A stretch of DNA of 63,642 nt, filler included, from Scenedesmus sp. PABB004 (GCA_014905635.1; 5 parts of 5 records of this genome joined end to end with filler, not necessarily neighbours in it); one strand, 5' to 3'. Positions 1 through 17,459 are shown, numbered from the whole stretch's first letter. Made by a program: numbers and translations. Notes: generated by a model from the letters alone, not told the origin.

Positions 1-836
1 GCAGCCCCGCGCTCGTGCGCGGCATCCTGGACTGGGGCGCGGCGCACGGCTACGCCTGGCCCGTCGCGGCGGGCGGCCCGGGGGGCGTGACGCCGCTGCA
101 CCTGTCGGCGCTGCTCGACGACGGCGGCGTGGTCGCGCTCATGCTGCTCGACGCGGCGGAGGGGCGAGCCCGCGGCGCCCTTCACGGGCGCGCGCGCGGC
201 CGACGGCGTGTCGCCCTTCCAGCTCGCGTTCCAGCAGGGCCACTGGAGCGTCGACCGCGTGCTGGCGGCCCTCGGCCTCGCGCCCCGGCCCGTCACGAGC
301 GTGCTGGAGACAACGCCAGCCCACGGGCTGGCAGCTGCTCAAGGCCGCCGCCGACGCGTCCGCCGAGGCCGGCGGCGAGGCCGGCGGCGCGGCCGTCGCC
401 GCCTTTGCCGCGGCGGGCGCGGCCGCGGCGTCGGCGGCCGCCGCGGCGACGGCGCGCCCCTGAAGGAGCGGCTCACGAGCTGCCTCGACGCGTGCCTGTA
501 CTGCCAGAGCACGCTGCCGCCGCTGATGCTGTCGGTCAAGGCCAAGTGCGCGGGCTGCGGGGAGCGCCAGCCCTGCGTGCAGGGCGCCGACGCGCCAGCC
601 AGCCCCGCCGCGGCCGAGGCGGCTGCCGCAGAGGCGGCCGCGGCCGCGGCGGTGGCGGCGGCCGCGGCCGCAGCGGCGGCGGCAGCGGCGGTGGAGCAGC
701 ACCAGCAGCAGCTGCAGAGCGGGCAGGCTGCGGCCGCGGCGGACGCCGGGTGCGCGCACACGAGCGGGCGCGCTTGCTGTCGGTGACGGCGCTGTGCCAG
801 ACGTGCCACGCCAACCGCGTGCTCGAGGTCGCCTGA
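1..836 (+). CDS. 3' end of an SBP-box/SPL (CRR1-like) protein: ankyrin-like segment plus Cys-rich C-terminal tail; 5' part outside the window, broken by indels
   Basis: Read across frames: GPGGVTPLHLSALLDDGG...ADGVSPFQLAFQQGHWSV resembles the SPL1-type C-terminal ankyrin region. It is followed by CLDACLYC..KCAGCGERQPC..LCQTCH and a TGA ending at 836. The SBP domain itself is not visible. Confidence 0.5.
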   Translation, partial: SPALVRGILDWGAAHGYAWPVAAGGPGGVTPLHLSALLDDGGVVALMLLDAAEGRARGALHGRARGRRRVALPARVPAGPLERRPRAGGPRPRAPARHERAGDNASPRAGSCSRPPPTRPPRPAARPAARPSPPLPRRARPRRRRPPRRRRAPEGAAHELPRRVPVLPEHAAAADAVGQGQVRGLRGAPALRAGRRRASQPRRGRGGCRRGGRGRGGGGGRGRSGGGSGGGAAPAAAAERAGCGRGGRRVRAHERARLLSVTALCQTCHANRVLEVA

Positions 837-1413
837 GCCGGCACGCGCGGCGCTGGCGGGGGGGGGGGGGGGGGCTCGTTGCGGCTGCACTGCGCATCAA
901 CACGGGGGCCGGGGCACGGCCCCGAGGCGTGGGCGGCGGGCGGGGGCTCTATCGCACACGCAGGGCGCGCGCGCATGGTGTGCTTGCTCTGCTTGCGCGC
1001 GCGCGCAGCGGGCGTGGGGGGTGCGTCGCACGGGAGCACTTGTCTTTTGCGAAGGAGGACGGGCGGGCAGCACAGTGCGAGTCGGCATCGCTTGCACGAC
1101 GCGAAAAGTTGCAAACGTTGGACGAGTTGTGCAGCACGCGCGATCGCGCCCGCAGCGGCCGCGCACCGCTGGCCAGCCCGCCCAGGAGCTCCCGCGCCGC
1201 GCCTCAAGAACGAGGCTTCAAGACCGCGGGGCGAGCGTCACGCTGCGCTGCGCCGCCGCCCCAGGCGACCGTAGCGCGTGCCCCCAAGAGCCGGAACATT
1301 CACCTCCTCGATCGTCGACCGTCACGCGCGCGATCTTGGCGCAGCGAGCGTGCTGATTGCGGGCGCGGTGCCTGCAGCGGCCCGGGCGGGCAGGCTGGCT
1401 CACGCAGCGAGCC

Positions 1414-3812
1414 ATGAGGGCACTAGGTATGGGTCCCTTGAAGGTGCTCCTAGCGCTGCTGGCGGTCCTGGCCCCTGGTGCGCGCCTGTGGGCCGGGGGC
1501 AATGTGCTGCTGCTCGCCGGGACCTGCGCCCAGGGCGCGCCCTCGCGGCCGTGCCGTGCCCCTCCACTCACCCGCACGACTCCCGTGGCACACAGGCGCG
1601 CACAGCTACAGCCTGCGCTTCACGCCGCTGGCCGCTGGCAGCGCCGCCGACGGCGCCGTGCTGGTGCTCGACGTCGGCTCGCTCTGGCAGAAGCACCCCA
1701 CGCAACCGCCGGTCAGCGTGACCAGCGCGGAGGACTGCCAGCAGCGATGCGCGCTGCTCCCAGGTGCGCGCGCACGTGGCGGTGGCGGCGCGCAGCAGCA
1801 GCGCTGCGGCGGGCGCCGCTGGCGCCGGCGCGCGCAGCGGCGGCAGCGGCCGGCGGCAACCGCTGCGCGCCGCGCCACGCACCGCAGGCTGCGCGGCGTT
1901 TAGGTTCTGCGGTGACGAGCGCGGCTGCGGCAGCGGCTGTCGCGCGTACGTCGCAAAGCACCCGCCGCGTGAGTGCGCGGCGCGCCGGCGCGACGCGGCC
2001 GCGGAACGCGCACTGCAGCAGGGACGCGCCGCGCGCCGGGGCCCACGCCGCCGCCCGCCTGACGCCGCGCAGTGAAGCCCAGCGCGCCGTCGGGGCCGCG
2101 CAAGCGCGGCGAGCGCGTCGAGGGCGGGCAGGCCGTGGCGCTGCCGGTGAAGAGCTTTGGGCCCTTCCTGCCGAGCGCGGCGGGGCAGGGCTGCGCCGAG
2201 GCCAACCCGGACAAGTGGGCGTTTGGCACCTGCACGCTGCTGCAGGACGCGCAAGCCGGCGAGGCGGCGACCGCGGCGGCAGGTGGGCGGCGGGGCTGGC
2301 GCCTGTGCGGTGCGCGCCCTGCACGCGGGCCGGCGGCCGCCCGAGCGCACCGCCGCCGCTGCCCGCCACGCAGGCGCTGGCTGGTCGTCGGCCTGGCTGG
2401 CGGCGGCCCCGCCGAGCGAGTGCACCGGGCTGAGCGCGGCAGCGTGCGCCGCCTGCCACGCCACGCCCAGCCCCGGCGCCTGTCTGCGCTGCATGACGGA
2501 CCCGCGCCTCGCCAGCACGCTCAGCCCGCTGGGCCTGATCGCTGATGGCGTGCCGCCCGGCTCCTCGGGCGACCGCGCATACGACCAGTGCGTCACCTGC
2601 GCGGGGCTGGACGGCGAGCCGCTGCAGCAAAAGTGAGTCGGGCGGCGCGGAGCGTGTGTGCGCAGCTCGCCGGCCCGGGCTGCGCGCGTGCCCGCGTGCG
2701 GCGCCGCCAACGCCGGCCGCCTCTGCGCGCGCAGGTGCTCGTCGTGCGTGCTGGGCGCGCAGCCGTGCGCCACGTGCGTGCCCTACCCTGGCGCGGCCAC
2801 GGCGGTGCCGGCGGCGGCGATGGGGCCCTGCATGGACTGCGTGGCGAGCAAGGGCAAGCGGTTTGCGGGGACGTGCCTGACGTGCTCCGTCACCGCGGCG
2901 CCGGGGCGGTGCTACACCTGCCTTGCCAGCTTCTACCCGCGCCACATCTGCCGCACCAGCGACTACGTCGACTGCTACAAACCCGACTTTGACAATCCCT
3001 GCGCGACGTGCCAGGCGGGCGCGGGCGGTACGTACGGCCCCTGCATCGCCTGCTACCAGGACCCGCGCACCAAGCCCGACTGCGACAGCTGCAGCCAGCT
3101 GCCCTCGCAGGCCGCGCAGGCGCAGTGCTACGCGTGCACGAGCGCCGCCGCGGCCGCGGCGGGCCGCAACGCGCACAGCGACGTCCCCGGCGGCTGCGGG
3201 CTGTGCTTCGCCCACAGCAAGAACGCCGCGGCGCAGCAGCAGTGCCTCGCCTGCGTCGCGGGCGCCGCGACGCCCGCGGAGAACCGGCAGCACTGCAGCC
3301 TGTGCGCCGCGAGCGACCTCGGCGCCACGCAGGCGGCGCGGTGCTTCAAGTGCGTTGCCGCCAAGGGAGGCGGCCCCGCGTGCGCAACGTGCAGCAAGGC
3401 CACGTCGAGCGACGCAGCCTTCCGGTCGTGCATGGCGTGCTACGCCGGCGCCGACAACGCGCCCGACTGCAACGACTGCGCCGGCCTGGAGCCGTCGGGC
3501 GGCGCGTCCTCGCCGCGCGGCTACGACGCGACGCGCAGCGCGTGCTTCGACTGCGTGGTCGCCTCGCGCCTGGTCGCGCCGCCGGACGCGGGCTTTGCGC
3601 CGCTCGGCAGCTGCTCGGCGTGCTTTGGGGGCGTCGACACCGCGGCGTGCGTGGCCTGCAACACCAGCCCCGCCACGCCCATGCCCGCGAAGCAGTGGTG
3701 CCTGAGCTGCGCCGCCCGGCAGGGCGCCACGGCGCAGGCGGCGTGTGTGCGGTGCTTGCAGTCCAACAAGCTCGCCGCGGCCGACGCGTACCTGGCCAAG
3801 TGCAACGTATGA
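1414..3812 (+). CDS. Multi-exon secreted Cys-rich protein: signal peptide, PAN/apple-like motif and more than 20 CxxC motifs
   Basis: ATG at 1414 gives MRALGMGPLKVLLALLAVLAP, then a GT donor at 1478. Later exons include SAEDCQQRC..GCAAFRFC. The long last exon (ORF 2658-3812) has regularly spaced CxxC (CSSC, CATC, CMDC, CLTC, CYTC...CVRC). Confidence 0.75.
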
Positions 3813-4560
3813 GCGCGCGCGCACGTGTGCGTGGGGTGTGGGGGGTGGGGGGGGGTGTCGGGGGGCTGGCCCTGCCTCAGCGCCTGGCGCGCGGGAGGCG
3901 GCCCCTGCGCACGCACGCCGTCATGGGCCGGGACGTCGTCGCACGCGCGTGTGGGCCAGGCAGATGGTTGGCGGGGTGCTGGCGTTGTTGTCGTTGCAGG
4001 TAGCACAGTACAGCGAGCACTGCTTTGCGTGACGCGTCACGTCCGTCCAGCTCTCACTTTTGCGGGCCCCGAACCATTGACGGCACTGCACTGCAAGCGC
4101 GTTTTCGGGCGGCGCCCCGCGCACACCAACCTTTGACCAGTCTGACCATCGCACGAAACCAATGAACGCACCCCATTGCAGTGGCACAACGGTCTGGCAC
4201 TGACGGGCCGCGCGGCTCGCGAGCGGGCGGGCGAGCGGGCGGCGCGCTCGTCACGATCGGCCGCACGCGTGCTCCGTCGGGCGGTGGAACCTGCTGCCTC
4301 GCCTCCTCCAGCTCCGCACAGCCTCCCGGCCCCTGCTCGCGCGCCGGCGCAGAGCGGCGGCAGCAGCGCGCGCCGCGCCGCCGCAGCGCAGCGCGCCGCG
4401 AGCAGCAGCAGGGCTTGCGGCTTCGCTGCTGCGCCACCGGCTCGAGCGCTTTGCTAGAGCTCTCACCCAGCAGCAGCGGCAGCGGCGGAGCGCAGGCCCG
4501 CACGCGGCGGCGGCAGCAGCGGCGGCGCGGCAGCGGCGTCGGCGCGGCAGCAGCGGCACG

Positions 4561-9585
<5,025 letters not shown>

Positions 9586-9990
9586 AGGCGGCGCCGCGGC
9601 ATGAGGCGCCGCGACGCGCGGCGCGAGAGGGACGTCACGCGCTCGGCGCGGGCGCGGGCGGGGGCGCGCGCGATCGTTGGGGCGGCGTCAGGTCACCCTC
9701 GCAGCTTGAGGGTTTTCGAGCATTGCGCAGCTTTTTGAGAAGGCGAGTCGCCCCCCGCCAACCCAGCCTCGGACCCCGCGGAACCCTGGCCGCTCCCCCG
9801 CACGGGACAGCAATCGCCGCTCGCCGGCGTGCTGTTGCCGAGCGGCGCCAAGGCAGCGCCCGGCCGGTGTGCGTGCGTGGCACCCGCGCCGGCCCATGCC
9901 CGCACCAGCGTAGTAAGCCCGGGCAGCGGCGGTGGCGGCAGCGCCAGCGCCCCCGCCGTCGCTCATGGTGCGGCGGCCCCTCGGGCTGCC

Positions 9991-10229
9991 GTAGGTCTAG
10001 GTTTTAGGTTTTAGGTTTTAGGGTTTAGGTTTTTAGGTTTTAGTTTTTAGGTTTAGGGTTTAGGTTTAGGTTTTAGGGTTTTTAGGGTTTTAGGGTTTAG
10101 GGTTTAGGTTTTAGGGTTTAGGGTTTAGGGTTTAGGGTTTAGGGTTTAGGGTTTAGGGTTTAGGGTTTAGGGTTTAGGGTTTAGGGTTTTAGGGTTTAGG
10201 GTTTAGGGTTTAGGGTTTAGGGTTTAGGG
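9991..10229 (+). repeat. Telomere array, Arabidopsis-type (TTTAGGG)n, with degenerate proximal units
   Basis: Tandem TTTAGGG runs to the end of the contig on the G-rich strand. Proximal variants include TTTTAGG and TTTTAGGG. Confidence 0.97.
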
Positions 10230-10329
10230 NNNNNNNNNNNNNNNNNNNNNNNNNNNNNNNNNNNNNNNNNNNNTTAATTAATTAANNNNNNNNNNNNNNN
10301 NNNNNNNNNNNNNNNNNNNNNNNNNNNNN
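10230..10329. other. Artificial contig linker
   Basis: N-run + TTAATTAATTAA (stops in all six frames) + N-run, 100 nt in total. Confidence 0.98.
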
Positions 10330-13300
10330 CGGAAGTATTGAAGGTCCGAGAGCACGGCTGCTAGCTTGGGCAGCAGGCTGGTGTGTATGCCGAAAAACTG
10401 CTCGCCAAACGCGTTGATGCCGACCACGCCCACGCCGTTGTCCACGCGCTGCACATCGACACTGATGGACCAGGGGATTGGCCCGTCGCCAAGGGGGCTC
10501 ACCGTCTGCCGAGTACGTGAGCATTTTATCTCCATCGGCCAGCGCGCTGCTGAGCGGCCGCAGCTGGGCCAGCATGCGGTCAAACACGGCGTGCACAGAC
10601 GCGTCCGCGCCCGACAGCAGCACGTCGCGCAGGGTGGTGTTGAGCGCGCGCCATTGGGCAGCCTCGCCCTCGTTGTTGCACGCACCGGTGATGGCCGTGC
10701 CGCTGCGCTCCACGCTGTCCACAAACGGGGGGTCGAAGGGCAGGCAGCCGCTCAGGCCTGCGTTGTCACTAAGGTCCAAGTAACCCAGATTGTTCTGCAG
10801 CGCCGCCCACGACGCCGGCACCGCGCCGGTCAGGCGGTTGCCGTCGAGCCACAGTCTTGACAGAGAGCGCAGTTGGCTCCACTCTGGGCTCAGGAGCCCC
10901 GAGAAGGTGTTGTTCGTGAGTAGCTGTTTTCGGGCGCGACAGCACGGGCGGCGGCAGGCAGGCAGTTGCGCGGCAGGTGAGCAACGGCGGTGCGGGCAGC
11001 GAAGGCAGCACCGCACTTGGCTCACCAGGCTCTCCAGCCGCCGCCAGCGCCCCATGCTGGGCGGGAGCTTGCCAGACAGGCGCTGGTCGAGCAGCCTAAG
11101 CTCCTGGAGTGCCGTGGGACGCGCCAGCCAGGCCTCCGGAATTGTCCCTGTCACGCCGCAGCCGGGCGCAGTTGTGCCCCCGAAGACGGCGACACATAGA
11201 GTGCAGTCAACGTCGACCGCCAGCCGCCGTCCATCCATTTGGCTGGCAGGCTGCCAGTGAAGCATGGGTGTGATAAGGCCAGCATCTTCAGCGCTGCCAG
11301 CGAGCCCAGCTGGGGCGGCAGTTCCCAACTGCCGACAGTGTCGCCCAGCAACAGCGCCGCGAGGCTGCCGCGCAGGCTCAGCAGGGGCGCGAGCAGCGCG
11401 GGCGTGAAGGCAATGCGCGCGCGCCCGCTCGGCGGGTTGCGAAAGATGACCATCTCCACCGATTTCACCACACCCAGTGTGCCGCACGTGCTGCTGTTAA
11501 AGGGCTGTGAGAAATCCCCCACGCCCGCGCTGAGAACCAGCTCGTCGCCGCTGCCCGCCTGAAGCGGGATGGACTTGGTAGCGTCTTGCGCGGTGGCCGA
11601 CGTTCCGCATGTCCACCACCTGAGCCGCGCCGCCTCGGCGGGCGGCGTGTAGTCCGGCGCGACCGCCTGCACCAGGCCCAGCAGCGCCCGGACCTGCGCG
11701 ACCTCCCGGTCCGCAAACGCCGCGACCGCGTAAAAGCCGGCCGGGTCCTCCAGCTGCGACGCGCGGCAGATGGCCAGCCGCGTGCCCAGCGCCGGCGTGC
11801 GCGTGAGGTTTGGCGTCCGTGAAATGCAGAGCGCAGCCCACGGTGCCGCGCCCGAGCCCGCACGCCGCCGGCCCGGTCACGGCGTCGCAGGTGCGGCGCG
11901 TCGCGGCGCCGGACGCGTCGTAGTGCGTGCAGGCTGCGTACGGCCGCGGCGCGCGCGGCGCTGCGAGCACGTCCTTCGCCGTGGCCAGCACCATGCCGAG
12001 CTCCGCGTCAGTCAGCGACGGGCCGAGCGTGTAGCTCACGTTTTGGCGCGGCCAGAGCGCCGCGTTGTCGCGCTGCACAAAGCGCCGCATGTCGATGCCA
12101 AACGAGTCAACAATCGACGCCAGGGTGTCGCCACGCGCGACGCGGTAGCCCACGCACGGTGCGCGCAGGTCCAGCGTGTCGCGCACCGGGTCGAGCAGCT
12201 CCACGGGCCGTGGCACGCGCCAGGGCTGCGTGGAGTGCGGATCGTGCTGTGGCGCGCCCGGCACCGGCGTGCACTCCAGGCCGTACGTCTCGTCCGGCGT
12301 GCCCACCGCTGCAGGCAGGCGACGGGCAGGGTGGGCGGTGGGCAGGGAGGGAGCGTGGCGGGCGGTCAGCCGAGGGCAGCCAGGAGCGGGCACGGGCAGG
12401 CAGCAGCAGGTGAGGCGGCTGCAGCGGCCGACCGCGCAGCTGCGCGAGAGCAGCTGGTGGCGGGCCAGCCCGCGCACCGGCGACGCCCATCTTGATGCGG
12501 AAGAGCCCGTCAGCGGTGAAGCCCTTGGTGCGCACTTGCGTCTTTGTCGCGCCGCCCCAGCTGTTCAGCCCCAGCCTGGCGAGCGGGCGCGCGGCGGCGT
12601 CAGCGCGTGTTGCGCGGCGGCGGTGTGATGGTGCTGCGCGTGCGCACAGGCGCGGCAGCGCACCATGTGTAATCGCTGTTGTTGTATCCCACGATTGTCA
12701 CTGTGCAAACAGGCACGACAGTGCCAGCAGCGGCGGCACGAGTGAGGCCGCGCTCGGCGGCGCCGCCGCGCGGCGGCCGCGTGAACGCCCTGGCGCGCGC
12801 CGCAGCGCCCCGCCTCCCTGCGCGCCGCGCGCTGCGCCTGCCCGCGCGCCGCGCCTGCGTGGCCAAACAGGGGCCGGGCGGTCGCGTTGTATCGGTACGC
12901 CGGCCACTCCTCGCCGCGCACGGCGCCCGCGGAGGCGTTGAACTGGACCTCCCAGTCGTCGTAAATGCTGATGCGGCTCACCACGGCGCCGTGGTTGCGG
13001 ATGTGTTGCTGGATCTGCGGGCGGCGACAGGCGGGCGCAGTGGCCAAACGATGACGGGCCGGGGGCGTGCGGCGCGGGCGGGGGGCGGTGGGTGCGCCAC
13101 CGCCAGCCGCCCGGGCCGCCGCTGCTGGCACGGCCTCGTCCACCCCCTGGCAGCGCACCTCCCAGAAATTGCTGAGTGATTTGTAGCTGCACTTGACGTA
13201 CGGCTGCTCCTTGCTGCTCTCGCGCGCGCAGGCGCGAGACGCGGCCGCGCACGCGTCGCGCCAGCTCGTGACGCCCCCCTGCAGCTCCGCGTCCACCATA

Positions 13301-14247
13301 GCGCTCACGTTGCGCACACACGATGCGGGCCGGATGAGCTGCGGCGCCTCGTCAACCTGCGGCCGCGGCGGCGGCTGCGGGTCAGAACGCAGCGGGCGCG
13401 GGCGCCCCGCCGATTGCTGCGCCCCCGCCCCAGCCGTTCTCTCGTGCGCTCACCACCGCGTTCAGCGCGAGCTGGATGTCCCAGCCGGTGCGGCAGGTCC
13501 GGCCGCCAGCAGAGCAGTAGTGGAGCGAGGCCGGGTTGACCTCCCAGCGCCGCACGTCCTGCTGCAGCGCCGTCGCGGCGGCCATCTGCATCGCGGTCGC
13601 CACCGCGGTGCTCACACACGTGGAGCACTCCTTCTGGTCGCGCGGGGGCGGCACAAAGGCGTTGCACGTCGCGCGGCGCGGCACGCGCCCGCGCCGCGCC
13701 GTGCCGGCGCCGCCGCCTCGGCACGTCCCAAACGCCTCCGCCGCGCCGGCCAGGTAATACACGCCCGTCTGTGGTTTGTTTGGTGGGAGGACGGGCGTGC
13801 GCAGAAGTGGGCGGGCGATTGAGTTGCGCTCGCGCACACCTAGGCACGAGGCGGCGCGAGCTGCGGCAGCGCCGCGCCCGCACACCGGCGCACCTGCAGC
13901 GTGCGCAGTCTGTCGGCGTCGGTGAACGCGCTGCTGCCCACGTTTGTGCCGCCCCTGCCGCCGTTGCCGCGGCCGCCCGTCGACTGCGCCGCGAGGGCGA
14001 GCGCGTCCTCAAACACCTCAAACTGGCTCGCCGTCGCCGCCTCGCCCTCGCCGAGCTGGTCGGGGCTCACGCCCAGGCCCTGCCCCGCGACACCTGGGCG
14101 CGCGCCGGGGCGGGCGGGCAGCGCGCGTCAGCGGAAGCGGACGCAGGCGCGGCGCGCGGCCTGCGGCAGGCGGTGCGCACCTCTGGTGCCGGCCAGCAGC
14201 AGCGCCGCCACTGCCGCGAGCAGCAGTGCTGCTCTATGCCGGAGCAT
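10330..14247 (-). CDS. Multi-exon secreted modular protein: signal peptide, papain-like C1A cysteine protease, LysM and plant-type LRRs; 3' end cut by the contig end
   Basis: ATG at 14247 gives MLRHRAALLLAAVAALLLAG. Protease motifs: PPRDQKECSTC (Gln/Cys), FGHA|VTIVGYNN (His), LNSWG..DGLFRIKMG (Asn). LysM: YRVARGDTLASIVDSFGID. LRRs: LQELRLLDQRLSGKLP, LSRLWLDGNRLTGAVP, LGYLDLSDNAGLSGCLP. That all belong to one gene is inferred from exon order and strand. Confidence 0.75.
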
Positions 14248-14806
14248 ACCTCCGGCCGCGGCAGGCCGCAGCAAGAGCTTCAGCGCCACAGGAGGCGAGG
14301 CGCAGTCACCCGGCCGCCGCTGCTGCGCTGGGACGCCGCCGCCAGCGCTTGGCCGCCGCCGCGCTCCCGTTGCTCGACCGAGTGGCCGGCTGCTGCGACG
14401 CTCGCAGGGGGCCGGGACGCCAACCTCAAGGTGCGGCCGGCGCTGCTTCCTGCGCGCCGCCCGCGGTCGCGCGCGCCCGGCGGCGGCGTGAATATGACGT
14501 CTGTCGGGTGCTGAGACAGCCCAGTAAGATCGCAGCCGACAACCGGGCCGCCAGGGATCACGTGAAAAAAGCTGCCCTCTTCGTTGCCCGCTCCCGCCGC
14601 GCTGGGCCGCGCCGCGCTGCTTGCGCCCGGTCCCACGCGTGCACTGGCACGACAACTGCCCGCACGCGCAGGATCAAGCGGCTGGCGGGGCAGGGGCGCG
14701 AAGCGACGCGGAAGCGTCGGCCGGCGACCGCCCGCTGCGATCCCGGCTGCGCCCCAGGCCGGCTGCGCACCCAGCGACGCGCTTACAGTACGACGGTGCG
14801 ACAACA

Positions 14807-15445
14807 TCAGCGCCGCCGTGCGCCGCCTGGGCACGGCCGCGAGCTGCCGCCGCCGTCGAGGGCGCCGAGGCGCACCACGCCGCCCAGCCCCGCTGTGGCC
14901 ACGCTCGCGGCCAGCTCGGCCGGCGGCATGCACGGATTGTCGCGCAGGTCGATCGCGCCCGGGGGCAGGCGCGCGAGCGCCGCCCAGTCCTCGGGCACGG
15001 CGCCGGTGAAGAGGTTGGCGGCCAGCGTGAGCTGCCAGTCCCACCAGCCCGCCGTACTCAGAGACCAGCGTGCCGGTCAGGGCGTTGGCTGAGACGTCCA
15101 GGCTCGTGAGATTGGTGAGCGACGCCCACGCAAACGGGAGCGGCCCGGACAAGCCGCACCCCGCGGCATCCAACTCCTGCGACGCGGCGGCGGCACCGGT
15201 GGCAGCGGCGGCGGCGGCGGCGGCGTGAGGCGGCGCCGCGACTGCCCACGGGTGCCAGCTGGCGCACGCCTAGAGTGCGGGCGCCACGGGGGCCGGCGCC
15301 CGCGCCGCGGCGCGCACCGTCAGGCCGCGCAGGTGCGCGAGCGCCGGCGGGAGGCGCCCGCCGAGGCGCGGGTTGCGCGACGCCTCGACGACGCGGAGGC
15401 TGGGGAAGGTGTTGAGCTCGCGCAGTGTCCTCGAGCCGCTGCCGC
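14807..15445 (-). CDS. Plant-type LRR coding segment (two exons); no start codon of its own found
   Basis: LRVVEASRNPRLGGRLPPALAHL, LDAAGCGLSGPLPFAWASLTNLTSLDVSANALTG and LAANLFTGAVPEDW, with frameshifts. It may be spliced onto the upstream TolB-like gene or be a remnant. Confidence 0.6.
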
Positions 15446-15515
15446 GCCGCCGCCAGCGCATCGCTCACCGCGCCGCACCACCGTGCAGTTACAAGGCAGC
15501 GTCCCGCGAGACACC

Positions 15516-17097
15516 TCAGCGCCCGTGGTGGTGCCGCGCCGCCGGCAGCGGCTGCCAGCCCACGCTCGCGTGCAGCGCGCCGGGGTTGGCCGTGATCGCC
15601 ACGCGGCCGCCGCCTTCCGACGCGCGCACGCTGACCACCTGGAACGCCCCGTCCGGCGGCGACTGGCTCGCAAACGCGACGCGCGCGCCGTCCGGGCTCC
15701 ACGCCGGCGTGACGTCGCCGCGGAGCTGCGGGAACGGCTGCGCCAGCGGCGGCCACGCGCCGTTGGGCGCCGTGAGCGCGCGCAGGCCGCTGCCGTCGCG
15801 GCGCACCACCATGATGCGCCCCGCGCCGGTGAGGTCGCGTTCCACCCGACCTGCGCGCGCGCGGCGCAGGCGTGGCGGACGGTCAGCTGCGCGGCCGCGC
15901 GCGCACGCGCTCTGCCTGGCTGGAGTGCTGGTGCCGCCCGGGCGCTGCGGGGCGCGCCTGGCTGTTGAAGGTGACGGCTTTTGAGTCGGGGGCCCAGCCG
16001 CGGCTGAACTGGTTGGCCGCGCCGCGCGTGAGCCGGCGCGGCGGCCCGACGAGCTCGCCCCGGGGGCCAACCGGCGCGACGTACAGGTCGTACAGCCCCG
16101 CCGGCATGGCAACGTCGGCGTCCGACGCGTACGCGAGCCAGCTGCGCAGCAGCGAGGGGCGGGCGGGCAGCGCGCGTGGCCGCGTGCGCCGGCAGGGCGG
16201 GCGCGCCGCCTGAGCCCGCCCACGCCCCGCCCGCGCCGCCGGCCCTGGGCGGCCCCGCCGGCGCCATTCCGCGCGCACCGGCCGTCGGGGCTGGGCTTGC
16301 CGCCCATGCTGGAGCGGCCGGCGGGAGTGGTGGTCAGGCGCAGCAGGTCGCCGCCGGTGGAGGCGTCCACCGAGTAGAGCTGTGGCGCGGCGCGGCGCGG
16401 CGCGGCAGGCGAGCGGGTGGGAGGGGCCTGCAGGTGAGGGGGGGGGGGGGGGGGGGCGTCGCGGGCGCCGGTGCGGCACCCGCGTGCGCGCTGCGCTGCG
16501 CGCCGACCTCGAACGCGCCCGAGCCGCCGCCGTCGCGGTTCGACTCAAACACCACCCGCCGCCCGTCGGCGGTGAACGCGGGCACGATGCACTGCGCGCC
16601 CGGCCCGCCACCGCCGCAGTGCGTGAGCTGCCGCGCCGCGCGCGTGGGCAGGTGCAGCAGCCAGATGTTGAACTGGGAGCCGCCGGGCGGCGCCGCTGAG
16701 AAGGCCATGACGCTCCCGTTTGGGGAGAAGCTCGGGTGCGCCGCGGCGGCGACGCCCATCGCCGCCGAGGTGAGCTGGACCGCGCCCGAGCCGTCGGGCG
16801 CGGAGCCCCAGATCTGCGGCGCGCGCGGCGCGGGCGTGCCAAGCTCGGCGCAGCGAGCGGAGCGGAGGCTGGCTGCGGCGCGCGCTGCGGGCTGAGCTCT
16901 CGCCGGGCTGCGCTCCCTGCCGCCGCGCGCGGAGCCGGGCGCGCCTGGAGCTCGCCGGTGACGTTGGAGACGTACGCGACCAGCCCGTTGGCGGCGGCGC
17001 GCGCCGGCTTGTGGCGGTGCGCCGGCTGCGCGAGCGGCGCGTCGTCGGCGGCGCGCGCGCCGGCCGCTGCCAGCAGCAGCACGGCCAGCAGGAACAT
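15516..17097 (-). CDS. Secreted TolB-like/PD40 beta-propeller repeat protein, multi-exon
   Basis: ATG at 17097 gives the signal peptide MFLLAVLLLAAAGARA. Repeats: HPSFSPNGSVMAFS, PAFTADGRRVVFESNRDG, KPSPDG.WLAYASD, WAPDSKAVTF, PAWSPDGARVAFAS. A TGTAA poly(A)-signal-like motif lies about 22 nt after the TGA. Confidence 0.8.
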
Positions 17098-17459
17098 GCT
17101 GGGTGCGTAGGGAGCGACGACACTGGGCCAGGCGCGCGTCCGGCTGCGGCTCGCGAGCGCGGGAGCACTCCGGAAAACGCTGGGCAGCTGGGCAGCTCTG
17201 CGCGCGGCGCTCCGTAAAAAATACTTACACACGCCAGCGCACGTGGTGTGCCGGCGCCGGGAGGGCGCGGAGGCGACGGGCGGCGCGCCGGAGCGGCGAA
17301 GCAGCGGCGGCGCTTTTTCATGTTACATACCACCCAGAACCCCCCGCTCTCTGCGCGCAAGCGGTCCGGCGCATTCTGCTGAGCCGGGCCGGGGCAGCGC
17401 CGCGCCGCGCGGGTCCGGCGACCGCCGCCGGTGACGCTGCGCACCTCAGCCAGACCGCC

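Noticed and set aside
2440..3812. Multiheme cytochrome c
   Set aside because: Only one CxxCH (CAACH) occurs among more than 20 CxxC motifs.
4162..4560. N-terminal transit-peptide extension of the beta-galactosidase
   Set aside because: Ser/Arg/Ala-rich sequence is present but is not in frame with ATG 4561; it cannot be supported without polishing or cDNA.
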